In this document: piece by piece, positions 32,401 through 41,005 of the stretch
Layout: the number at the start of each line of letters is the position of its first letter
How positions within the stretch are numbered: position 1 is the first letter of the stretch
Source of the DNA: Candidatus Entotheonellaceae bacterium
Lineage (GTDB): Bacteria; Tectomicrobia; Entotheonellia; Entotheonellales; Entotheonellaceae
DNA length: 64,000 nt
Direction of reading: 5' to 3'
NCBI GenBank assembly: GCA_965238075.1
Contig: OZ250173.1
Location: 1,600,001 to 1,664,000, forward strand
The notes under the pieces: generated by a model
The model's database searches: none
Told to the model about the DNA's origin: nothing
The model's input: the letters and a program-made list of their open reading frames with translations, nothing else
Program-made: the position numbers and the translations under genes

Positions 32401-32816
32401 CATGTAGAGGGCCAGGAGACGCTCGCGACTGCGTGGATGCTGGGCGTTGACCGCGAGGCGTCGCAAATCAGCCAAGCTGTGACCCCAGGTGTTCAAATCG
32501 GGTCGAACCATCGTTTCCTCCGTTTTCGGTGGGGAGAGAGATACGCTTATAGATGGTTCTATCACACAGGGCCTGTCCATAGCCAAAATTCTTGGTCTCA
32601 ATAGGGATCTACATTAGGTTACGTCAGCATGGACCCGGCGACGTGCTCTCGCCTCAGGCCGCCATTCGGGACCACCAGGCAAACATGCGTGCCATCGCCG
32701 ATCGCCTGTGCCGCGTCATGGTGTTGACGCCGGTCGCTCGCCGGGTGCTCGAGAACGACGATGCCCGTCTGACCGTGGAGCTCGACCGATATGTGATCTC
32801 GTCCCTGAAGCCTTAG
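29426..32816 (+). pseudogene. SulP family anion transporter with STAS and cNMP-binding domains, inactivated
   Basis: FIPYPVVGG, DLNREF, LQGYVFFGSA, GETVVAAGE; frameshift near 29458, TGA at 29986, frameshift near 30775 and an IS630 insertion. Confidence 0.88.
31407..32614 (-). mobile_element. IS630 family element with an apparently intact two-ORF transposase
   Basis: 29-bp imperfect TIRs, TA duplication (31405-31406, 32615-32616), orfA from 32511, CCCCCTTTT slippery site near 32260, YIDEAH / WDGAPWH / SPDLNPIE. Confidence 0.93.
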
Positions 32817-32826
32817 ATGAGCTCAG

Positions 32827-33090
32827 TGGAATGCCCCCTGTATGTGGTCCGGGGTCTATTGGGCTCAGCTCAGGACGACGTGTACTTGCCCCCAACGTTG
32901 GACCGGCCTGATGCGGAACTTCCAGTCTTCTCAGGCCATCGGGCAATTGGGTTTGCCCGATGGCTTTCATCAACTCCATCGGGGATTGTTGCCGGTGGCG
33001 CTATGCGGCCGTTCTTCATTGTATTCCCTCCGGCAAGCTTCACAGGTAGGTGCCGCGGATCGGGTAGATGCCCGTCCGCAGGCGTAGGGT
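32827..33090 (-). mobile_element. IS3 family remnant(s)
   Basis: RREYNEERPHS integrase tail and TG-initiated ends at 32881 (TGTACTTGCCCCCAACGTTGGACC) and 32827. Confidence 0.65.
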
Positions 33091-33189
33091 AGCGAGATAT
33101 ACGGGCAAGGTTCGGATGGCCGGGGGGATTGCAAGGGAGCATCGCGGTCCTGCGGTCGAGAAGGCACCCGCTGCCTTCCGTCGGCCTCC

Positions 33190-34006
33190 TCATCAGGAGA
33201 CGGAACTGGTTGGGCCACCAGCGGTAGCAGCTGGTGCGGTCGGCAAACAGGCCGAGCTTGTTGTTCCTTGATGCGGTTTTCCAGCTCGCCTCGGGCACAA
33301 TAGAGCCGGTCATAGAGGCGTTTCGCCCTGCCGGGCAGGTTCGTCACGAGGTAGCGCGGGTTGGCCCCCTTGGCGGTGTACTTGGCTTTGACGATGATGC
33401 GTCGTTTGCGGTTCCAGCTCGCCGCGGCGTAGAGGAACTCGCCGAACAAGCGCTGCTTGTTCGCAGTGTGCTCAAAGCACCGTCGAGCCTCATCGAGCCG
33501 GGCATTGCGCGCGATGCCAACAATGTAGCCCGCGTCGTGGCGCTCACATCAGCTCAGCATCGGCCTGCGGCAAAACCCGCTGTCAGCGGGAAACACAATG
33601 CGCACCTTCGGCCACCTCTGGCGAAGCCGCTTGACCAGCAGCGCAAGAATCGCCCACGCGTGCTTTGCCCCATCCATCTTGCTCGGCCTGAGGTAACTCA
33701 TCAGCAGTTGGCCTCGACAAAAGACATACAGCGGCAAGAAACAGTAGTGGTCGTAGTATCCATGAAAGAACCGCCCCTACCGCTGGCCGTGTACCCGGTC
33801 ATGCCCGCATCGAAGTCCAGCACCAGCCGCCGTGGGGCACGGGTGATGTTACCACCTTCGAAACTCACCTCGACTCGTCGTCCTTTGCAGCCTGGAAAAG
33901 CCAATCGTTTCTGGATACAGTTTGTCATGGGCAAAGCCTTGTTCGAGTTCAGCCTAAGTAACTCAAACAATCAGGGCTTTGCCCTCTTCTTTCGTGCAAT
34001 ATCCGG
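33190..34006 (-). mobile_element. IS1380 family remnant with a fragmented transposase
   Basis: LVLDFDA, PLYVFC, ADSGFC, NPRYLVTNL, ENRIKEQQ, LFADRTSC in several frames; end CCGGATATTGCACGAA. Confidence 0.85.
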
Positions 34007-36682
34007 TTAGGCGTCGGGGGCGCGCGGCAGGCTGACGAGGTTGGCCAGCAGGCGGTAGGCGCCGGGAACGCCGGCGGGAAGTTGGCGGAACAGGGCATAG
34101 GCGCAATAGACGTAGTGGCCGCGACCCAGCCGGGCACGCAGCAACCCGCCGCGCCGGGGCGGCTCGCCGGGGTCGGCGCTTTCCAGCAGGGGCGTCATGT
34201 GCGGCGGCCATTCAGCGAGGAAATAGAGGCCGCGCTCCTGTTGCCAGCCGCTGAAGTCTTCAGTGCCCAGTCGATTCGGAAAGCTCAGGAGCGGGTCGTC
34301 CGCTGCCAGCAGGCGGACCGGCGCGGCGGCTTGGCTCACCCTCGGGGCCGGGCGCGGCAGGCTGACGCCGTCGAAGGGCACGAAGCGGCCCGGGCCATCC
34401 TCGCGCGGCTTGTGATATTGCACCACCACCGTGCCGCCGCCGCCCGCGTAGTCCCACAGCCGGCGGCGATGCGCAGCCAGAGAAGGGCTCGTTTCGAGGG
34501 CCCGCACGCCGACGACAATCGTATCGAATTCCGCCAGACTTCCATTCTGCAAATCATCTTCATCGATCGTTTGGACGCTGACGCCAAGCGCGCTCAGCGC
34601 CTCCGCAACGCCGTCGCCGGTACCCGGCAGATAGCCAACCCGCAAACCGGGCGCCACCTCGACGGGAACGATGCTGACGCACACCTCGGCCGGCGCCAGC
34701 ACGTACCCCGGCTCAAGGTGCGGATAACGCACGTCCTGCCACGATCTGAGCCGTGAGGCGGCCTCGGCGCCCGCCGCCGGAGTGATCTGCTCCTGCCATT
34801 CCACCCCAAACACCCGCTTGCCGGATGCGCCGGAACCGATGGGCAGCGTTTGCTGAACGGTGCGCTGCTCGCCGGCTTGCAGGCTGAGCGCGGCGGATGC
34901 GTGCGCTTCCGGCTGGCCACCGTCGCAGGTGCGCAGAACCAATCGGCCTCGACCGGCGGCATGGGCGTGCAGTTGCACGTCTACCGTCGGCACTGCCGCG
35001 CTGGATGCCGGTATGACAATGAGGCTCGGCGAAACGCTGATGGTGACGGTCGGGCGTACCCGCAGTGGGTGTCGCAGCTCACCGCGGGCGGGGTCCAGTT
35101 CGCGCCACGCAATGGGCGCCGACAGCGGAATGTCCAAGGCCTGCCCTGAACCCCGGATCAGGTCCGGGGCAAGCTTTGATTCAGCGTCACCGGCGTTCAG
35201 CATCGCCCGAACCCGTAGCGGCGGCAACGCGGCGGGCGCCAGGCACGGCAGCTCCTCATCAAAGCGATACAGGTCGGCCTCGGGCGGCAGGCGCAGCCAC
35301 GGCGGCAAGGTGGCCGCCACCGCGGTTGCCTCATCCTGCGGCGCCGTGAGGCGGAAACGCGCCGTAACGCTCCCACCGCCGCACACCTTCAACGGCAGCG
35401 CCGGGCCTTCGAGACACTCGACCTGCCAGCCCGGTTGCGCGTGCGCTTGCAGGGACGACAGGGTGACGTCGCTGTTGCCGCGCAGGAACAGTTCCGCTTC
35501 GACGTCTACGATGCCGCCGGCAATCACGTCGGGCTTCGCCGCCAGCACTTCGAGGGCAAGGCCGTGGGTCTGCAGCCAAGCCGCTTCAATGCGCCGCTGG
35601 CATTCCCGCAAGCGGTCGTGTAGGACCGTGGGCTCGCCGTCGAGCATCCGAATGGCATTCGTGAGCGCGCCAAGCCCGGCGGCGAGCGTGGGAGCCGTCC
35701 GTTCAGGCCGTTGCGGGTGGTAGCTCTCCCAAGCCGCGTCCAGGTGCTGCACGGCGGATTCAATGGCCGCGACGACGTCCGGGCGGTTCAAGGCTTGCCG
35801 GCCAGAGGCCGCCCGCGCCCACGCCTCCAGCCGCACGGGCAGACCCTCCAGCGGGTTGGCGTCCTGGCCGCCGGGTGGCGGCGGGCCCGCCGCCACCCGG
35901 TAGACAACGTGCTGGGCGCCCTTCAGCAGTAGTGCGCCCATGTTCTGCGAGCGGTGCAGGCTGCGGCCCTGCATGGCGATCTCAAAACACGAGCGCCCGA
36001 GGAGCGGATCGAAGCGCCCAACGTGGATGTGCAGATCGTCTGCCGCCTGGTGCGCGGCGTCCCGCACCCGCACCAGGAGGCGCTTCGGCCACCAGGGAGA
36101 CAGCCCGGCCCGGATCTGTTCCGGGAACGCCGCCGCATCGCCGGCCCGTTCGAACGCCTCGCGGGTTGCGGCGCCGCACGCCCGATGATGGCCATGCCCA
36201 TCGATCGGCGTGCCGGTCCATATCGAGATCACCACGTCGGGCTGCAGCGCCCGGATGGCCTGCACGATGCTGCCCACCACACGCTCGCGCGGCCAGTGCG
36301 CAAAGGCATCCTCAGCGCGTTTGGCGTAGCCGAAATCGATGCACGGCGAGAACAGTTGCTCGGCGCCGTCGTAGCGCCGGGAGGCCAGCAATTCGCCGGC
36401 GCGCAACACCCCGAAGGCAGCGCCGGATTCGGGGCCCAGGCAGTTCTGTCCGCCCTCGCCGCGGGTGAGCGACAGGTACGCGGTGCGGACGCCGTGACGC
36501 AGGGTCAACTCGGCGAGCAGGGCGCTGTCCTCGTCGTCCGGATGCGCCCCGACCATCAGGGCGCGCGCCGCCACCGGCAGGCCGCGCAGTGACAGAGGAA
36601 GGGAAACGGCGGTATGGGTCAATGCTGTGTGTTCGGTCACGGTGTTGCCTATGCGTGGGGTGTGAGTTACGAGCGCGGCCAT
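34007..36682 (-). CDS. Large multidomain PIG-L/LmbE deacetylase (Ig-like domains plus a C-terminal class I GATase-like domain)
   Basis: GAHPDDED, LTRGEGGQN, DFGYAK, HGHH, HRSQNMG, GWQQERGLYF, FRQLPAGVPGAYRL; start may be the GTG at 36640. Confidence 0.87.
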   Translation of the reverse strand: MAALVTHTPRIGNTVTEHTALTHTAVSLPLSLRGLPVAARALMVGAHPDDEDSALLAELTLRHGVRTAYLSLTRGEGGQNCLGPESGAAFGVLRAGELLASRRYDGAEQLFSPCIDFGYAKRAEDAFAHWPRERVVGSIVQAIRALQPDVVISIWTGTPIDGHGHHRACGAATREAFERAGDAAAFPEQIRAGLSPWWPKRLLVRVRDAAHQAADDLHIHVGRFDPLLGRSCFEIAMQGRSLHRSQNMGALLLKGAQHVVYRVAAGPPPPGGQDANPLEGLPVRLEAWARAASGRQALNRPDVVAAIESAVQHLDAAWESYHPQRPERTAPTLAAGLGALTNAIRMLDGEPTVLHDRLRECQRRIEAAWLQTHGLALEVLAAKPDVIAGGIVDVEAELFLRGNSDVTLSSLQAHAQPGWQVECLEGPALPLKVCGGGSVTARFRLTAPQDEATAVAATLPPWLRLPPEADLYRFDEELPCLAPAALPPLRVRAMLNAGDAESKLAPDLIRGSGQALDIPLSAPIAWRELDPARGELRHPLRVRPTVTISVSPSLIVIPASSAAVPTVDVQLHAHAAGRGRLVLRTCDGGQPEAHASAALSLQAGEQRTVQQTLPIGSGASGKRVFGVEWQEQITPAAGAEAASRLRSWQDVRYPHLEPGYVLAPAEVCVSIVPVEVAPGLRVGYLPGTGDGVAEALSALGVSVQTIDEDDLQNGSLAEFDTIVVGVRALETSPSLAAHRRRLWDYAGGGGTVVVQYHKPREDGPGRFVPFDGVSLPRPAPRVSQAAAPVRLLAADDPLLSFPNRLGTEDFSGWQQERGLYFLAEWPPHMTPLLESADPGEPPRRGGLLRARLGRGHYVYCAYALFRQLPAGVPGAYRLLANLVSLPRAPDA

Positions 36683-36710
36683 TATAACGCCTCAGCGCCG
36701 TGTGGACAGG

Positions 36711-36750
36711 GGTTTGGGAGGTCGGGAGGTTTGGGAGGTCGGGAGGTTTG
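36711..36750 (+). repeat. 17-bp G-rich tandem repeat
   Basis: GGTTTGGGAGGTCGGGA x2 plus GGTTTG. Confidence 0.85.
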
Positions 36751-36871
36751 TGTTATACAAGGAAAGACGCGGGGGCAGTCGGTTTGCTTCGCCAATCCGG
36801 CCTGCGTGTATGCCTGCACAAGTCTGCGATTGACAATGATTCCAACCCACGGGACAAACGACCGGATTCTC

Positions 36872-38026
36872 ATGCGACAACTGAAGGATTTAATGGCCTG
36901 CGGCGAGGGCGTGGCGTTCCTGGCTGAGCGGGATATGTTTGTTTGCGAGGCGGAATTCGCGGCGCGGCTGCAGGCGCCCGCGAACGGGGCGCTGGCGGCC
37001 TATTTTGAGGCTCCGCAAGGCAAGCCAGTATACGCGCTGCAGCAACTCTACACCGATTGTACGCCCTCGATGCTGGACCGCATGGCTCTGCTGCGCGATC
37101 TCGAACAGCGTCCGGCCTGCTTGCCCTTCTTTCTGTGGATCGACACCGACCTGGCCGGCAGCGACCCGCTCATGCTGCGAATGCTGTGGACGGTGTTCGG
37201 CAAGCAGGTTTCGCTGCGCCTTTGCCCCGCCGCCAATGACGTCCGCGAGTTGCGCTTCATCCCCGTTGATTCCGCCGCCGTGCGGGACGCCCTCGCCAAG
37301 CTTGAGGTCTACGTCAGCCAGTCCATTACCGGGCGCAAAAAGGTGGCGCGCGCCCGCATCCGGGAGCGACTGGACACGCTGCGGGATGTCCTCCTGCCGG
37401 ACCCGCCCGCCGCGCACAGTGACCTGAATCACCGATTGAGCTGTTTCCTGCTGAACCACCAGGCTGCGTTGAATCCGCATTCTGTCCGGGTATCCGAACT
37501 CCTCGCCCGCGGATTGCTCACGGCGTCAGCCAACGAATTCATCAACCGCCTCGACGACGCCATCCGCGTTTTCAACGCCGCTGCCGAAACCTTGAGAACC
37601 CAAGGCATCGAGCCGCACGTCAAGCCATTGGCGCCCGACTACCTGCCGCTGCACGTATCGTGCCGCGACTGCCGCCGCCGTTTGCGCCTGCGCCGCGAAA
37701 CGCAGGGCGTCGATCAAGTCGCCGCTGCTCGGTGCCGATGCGGCGAGGCGTACCGTTTTCATCTGGGCGGCAAGCGTTTATCCATCGATGCCATTACCGA
37801 CGCCGCCGACTGGAGTCCCGACGTGTCGCTGACGCTGTTTCTGAACGATTTGGTAAGCGGCTACGTCGCCGGCGCCAGTTCCGGCGCGTACTATGGCCTG
37901 GTGATGGCGGAGGTGCTGCAACAGGTGTTCGGCAAGCGCCGCGTACCCATCCTGCTACCGCGGCTCGACGGCGCCGGAGCCAGCGGCGGCTTGCTGTACC
38001 GTTATCTCATGGAAGGCACGGGATAA
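36872..38026 (+). CDS. Hypothetical 384-aa protein, remote BshC-like ligase with a Cys4 zinc ribbon
   Basis: Long ORF ending 4 nt before bshB1; YALQQ, FLWIDTD, CRDC..CRCG, WSPDV, YVAG...AYY, VPILLPR. Confidence 0.6.
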   Translation: MRQLKDLMACGEGVAFLAERDMFVCEAEFAARLQAPANGALAAYFEAPQGKPVYALQQLYTDCTPSMLDRMALLRDLEQRPACLPFFLWIDTDLAGSDPLMLRMLWTVFGKQVSLRLCPAANDVRELRFIPVDSAAVRDALAKLEVYVSQSITGRKKVARARIRERLDTLRDVLLPDPPAAHSDLNHRLSCFLLNHQAALNPHSVRVSELLARGLLTASANEFINRLDDAIRVFNAAAETLRTQGIEPHVKPLAPDYLPLHVSCRDCRRRLRLRRETQGVDQVAAARCRCGEAYRFHLGGKRLSIDAITDAADWSPDVSLTLFLNDLVSGYVAGASSGAYYGLVMAEVLQQVFGKRRVPILLPRLDGAGASGGLLYRYLMEGTG

Positions 38027-38030
38027 GGTT

Positions 38031-38756
38031 ATGGAAGAGGCGTTGGACATCTTGGCATTTGCCCCGCACCCGGACGACGCCGAACTGGGCTGCGGGGGCA
38101 GCCTGATTGCGGCGGCGGACAAGGGCTGGCGGGTTGCGGTGGCAGACCTGACGGCGGGGGAGTCATCCAGCCGCGGCACCCTCGAGCAGCGAGAGCGCGA
38201 AACCCAATGCGCCACGGCCTTGCTTGGTCTGACGGCACGTTTCTCCTTGGGCCTGCCGGACGGCGGCATCGGCACCCACCCGGACCACCGCCTGCCGATC
38301 ATCGAGGTGGTCCGCCAAACGCGCCCGCGTATCGTCCTGGCGCCCTACTGGGAGGACCGTCATCCTGATCACTCGCGGGCCAGCAATCTGGTGCGCGAAG
38401 CCTGCTTCTTCGCCGGTGTCGGCAAAATCGGCGACGGCGAGCCGTATCGCCCGCCACTGCTCTACTACTACCTGCTGCACACGCCTTTTTCGCCGTCGTT
38501 TATTATGGATGTGTCGTCCGTGTGGGAGCGCCGCATGGCCGCGGTGCGGGCATATGAGAGCCAGTTCATGGCGGGCGAGAAGACCGCTACGACGGCCTTG
38601 AGCCGGCCCGGCTTCCTGCGCGCCCTGGAAGCGCGGGCGGTGTGGTTCGGTTGGATGATCGGCGCAAGCCACGGCGAGCCCTTTCTGAGCGCCACGCCGA
38701 TGGCCGTCGGCAGCATGCCGGGTCTGCCGCCGCAAGCCGGTTTTCCCCCGGCTTAG
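38031..38756 (+). CDS. bshB1: Bacillithiol biosynthesis deacetylase BshB1-like
   Basis: LDILAFAPHPDDAELGCGG, DLTAGE..SRG, DRHPDH, AYESQF. Confidence 0.85.
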   Translation: MEEALDILAFAPHPDDAELGCGGSLIAAADKGWRVAVADLTAGESSSRGTLEQRERETQCATALLGLTARFSLGLPDGGIGTHPDHRLPIIEVVRQTRPRIVLAPYWEDRHPDHSRASNLVREACFFAGVGKIGDGEPYRPPLLYYYLLHTPFSPSFIMDVSSVWERRMAAVRAYESQFMAGEKTATTALSRPGFLRALEARAVWFGWMIGASHGEPFLSATPMAVGSMPGLPPQAGFPPA

Positions 38757-39120
38757 AGCGGTCTCTGGCGGGTAAACTTCAACTTATCGAAGCGTTTATT
38801 TCGTAGGACATCGAACCAGCGTTTTCGTTCCGCGAGGGTTGGGTTTTTTGCGGTTTTGGCACGCGTTTTCGGTCAAGGATTTGTTGTAGGGGATGTAACC
38901 CCCCTTGCCCCCCTGACAAGGGGGGTTGGGGGGTTGCACCAACGCAGTAGCCCCGCCACTCGTGGGCACCTCTTTGTCCAAAGCCTCACGCACCGTCCCA
39001 CATGCTGGCTCTCCGGCGCGGCCGTCCTGCCCATGAGCCTGAACCTATCGCATCGGATGCTCAGGGTTGGTTCGCCCATTGTGGATGCGTGCTGCCTACG
39101 ACTTGCCACCGGCAGCCCGT

Positions 39121-39777
39121 CTAGCGTTTATAGTTCTTCGCATACGCCGGAAGCGCGATACCGGCTCGGAGCTGCGGATCGGCAACCGGCAGTTGTGATA
39201 CCAGGCGTAGCGGCACCTCACCCGCCCAGCAGTCGAGTTGGTAATCGTCCTCATCATCCACTGGCGGCCCGGAGCGAATCTTTGCCGACACCTCTTCCAA
39301 GGGCACCCGTATCACGCTCGTGGCCTTCAGTTCCTGAGCGGACGGTTCGCGGACGTCCTCCCATCGTCCAACCATGACGTGATCGACGATGGCTTTGAGG
39401 GCGGCCATCTTTTCGTCAGAGTCGGTGACCTCCCTCGCCTGGCCGAGAACCACGACGGAGCGGTAATTCATCGAATGATGAAACCCCGAACGCGCCAGCA
39501 CCAGACCGTCCAGCAAGGTGACCGTGACGCAAACCGGCATCCTCCCCCCAATCGCGCCCAGCATCCGGCTCGCAGCAGAACCGTGAAGATACAGATGATC
39601 CTCGATACGAGCGTAGATCGTCGGGATGACATACGGCTGACCGTCAACACTGAAGCCGACGTGGCAGAACAAGCCTTCCGCCAAAATGGCCTCAACAACC
39701 GCGACGTCATACGAAGCCCGCTTCGGCATGCGTCGTATGCGGATGCGCTCGGTTTTCTCGTACTGCGGCATGGACAT
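39121..39777 (-). CDS. Pyridoxamine 5'-phosphate oxidase-like flavin-binding protein
   Basis: PYVIPT, LHGSAASR, DGLVLARSGFHHSMNYRSVV, SAKIRSGPP. Confidence 0.9.
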   Translation of the reverse strand: MSMPQYEKTERIRIRRMPKRASYDVAVVEAILAEGLFCHVGFSVDGQPYVIPTIYARIEDHLYLHGSAASRMLGAIGGRMPVCVTVTLLDGLVLARSGFHHSMNYRSVVVLGQAREVTDSDEKMAALKAIVDHVMVGRWEDVREPSAQELKATSVIRVPLEEVSAKIRSGPPVDDEDDYQLDCWAGEVPLRLVSQLPVADPQLRAGIALPAYAKNYKR

Positions 39778-39821
39778 TAACCCTTTTTTCCTTGTGCCTG
39801 CGTGTTCCCGTCTACCCTACT

Positions 39822-40946
39822 TTACGGCTGGTAAAGCGCCTCGTAGGCACGCACGCCCTGTTCGACCCCGAAGCCGCTGGCGTGTCGGATGGCCGCCTGC
39901 CGCATGGCTTCGTGCTGCGCCGGATCTGTCAACAGGCCCACGGCCAGATCAATTGCCTCGGCGTTGTCGCCAAGCGGAAAAAACAGCCCGGTACGGCCCC
40001 GCATCACCACCTCCGGCAGCCCGCCCACGCGCGTCGCGAGCACCGGCACGCCGCACGCCATGGCTTCCAGGGCCACCATGCAGAAACTTTCGTACAGGCT
40101 GGTCACGAGCAGCAGGTCGGCGCCGCGCAGGAAGGGCGCCACGTCGCGCTGCAGGCCCAGATAGCGCACGTCGTCCGCGTAGCAGCTGCGCTCCAGCAGC
40201 GCCCGCACGGCGGGTAGATCCTCGCCGCTGCCCACGAGCCACAACTCGGCGTCCAAACGCTCGCGAATGCCCAGGAAAATGCGCGCCACGCTGGGGGTGT
40301 CCTTGATCGGTCTGAAATTGGAGACATGCACGATACGGAGCGGTCGCGCCGGGTGGGAGGGCGGGGATGTTAGTAGGCATGGTTTGAAGCGCGCCAGGTC
40401 GATGAAATTACTGACCACGCGCGGGCGAGAAGACAGGTTGAACGCCGCGGCAGCCAATTTCGCGTGGCTGAAGGAAACGGTGCTCAGCACGTCGTTGCAG
40501 CGCAAAGCGGCGGCCAGTTTCGGCGCCACCGCGGGGTCCTTGCCAGAATGTGTCACGTCGGTGCCATGCAGCGTGCCGATCAGCCGGGGCGCCGCGTCGC
40601 CCAGGCAGCGGTGCACGTTCTGCGCCACAAAGGCGAACGGCACGGCATAGTGGAAATGCAGCACGTCCAGGCGCTCGGCGGCAATGACCCGCAAAATGTC
40701 CTCGGTGTAGCGCTGCAGATCGCCCTCCGACCAGTCGGTATGCAGGGTTGCCGGGTGCTGGGTATCGGCGGCGTCCGGCAACAGGGTGTGCAGCACCACC
40801 CCATTCGACCGGTCCCAGCCGACCAGCGGCGTCGTGCGGGTGAACAGGTGTACCCGATGCCCACGCCTGGCCAGAGCAATGGCCAATTCGATGCCAATGC
40901 GGGCGCTGCCGCCGAAACTGGCGTGACACATCATGCCAATTCGCAT
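39822..40946 (-). CDS. bshA: GT4 glycosyltransferase, GlcNAc-malate synthase BshA-like
   Basis: IGMMCHASFGGS, LHFHYAVP, TLHGTDVT, HVSNFRPIK, ESF..ALEAMACGVP. Confidence 0.82.
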   Translation of the reverse strand: MRIGMMCHASFGGSARIGIELAIALARRGHRVHLFTRTTPLVGWDRSNGVVLHTLLPDAADTQHPATLHTDWSEGDLQRYTEDILRVIAAERLDVLHFHYAVPFAFVAQNVHRCLGDAAPRLIGTLHGTDVTHSGKDPAVAPKLAAALRCNDVLSTVSFSHAKLAAAAFNLSSRPRVVSNFIDLARFKPCLLTSPPSHPARPLRIVHVSNFRPIKDTPSVARIFLGIRERLDAELWLVGSGEDLPAVRALLERSCYADDVRYLGLQRDVAPFLRGADLLLVTSLYESFCMVALEAMACGVPVLATRVGGLPEVVMRGRTGLFFPLGDNAEAIDLAVGLLTDPAQHEAMRQAAIRHASGFGVEQGVRAYEALYQP

Positions 40947-41005
40947 GCCTCACTCCTCTTGTTTTGAATTTGGATGCTGCCCATTTTAGATGCTGCCCAT
41001 CCGAT

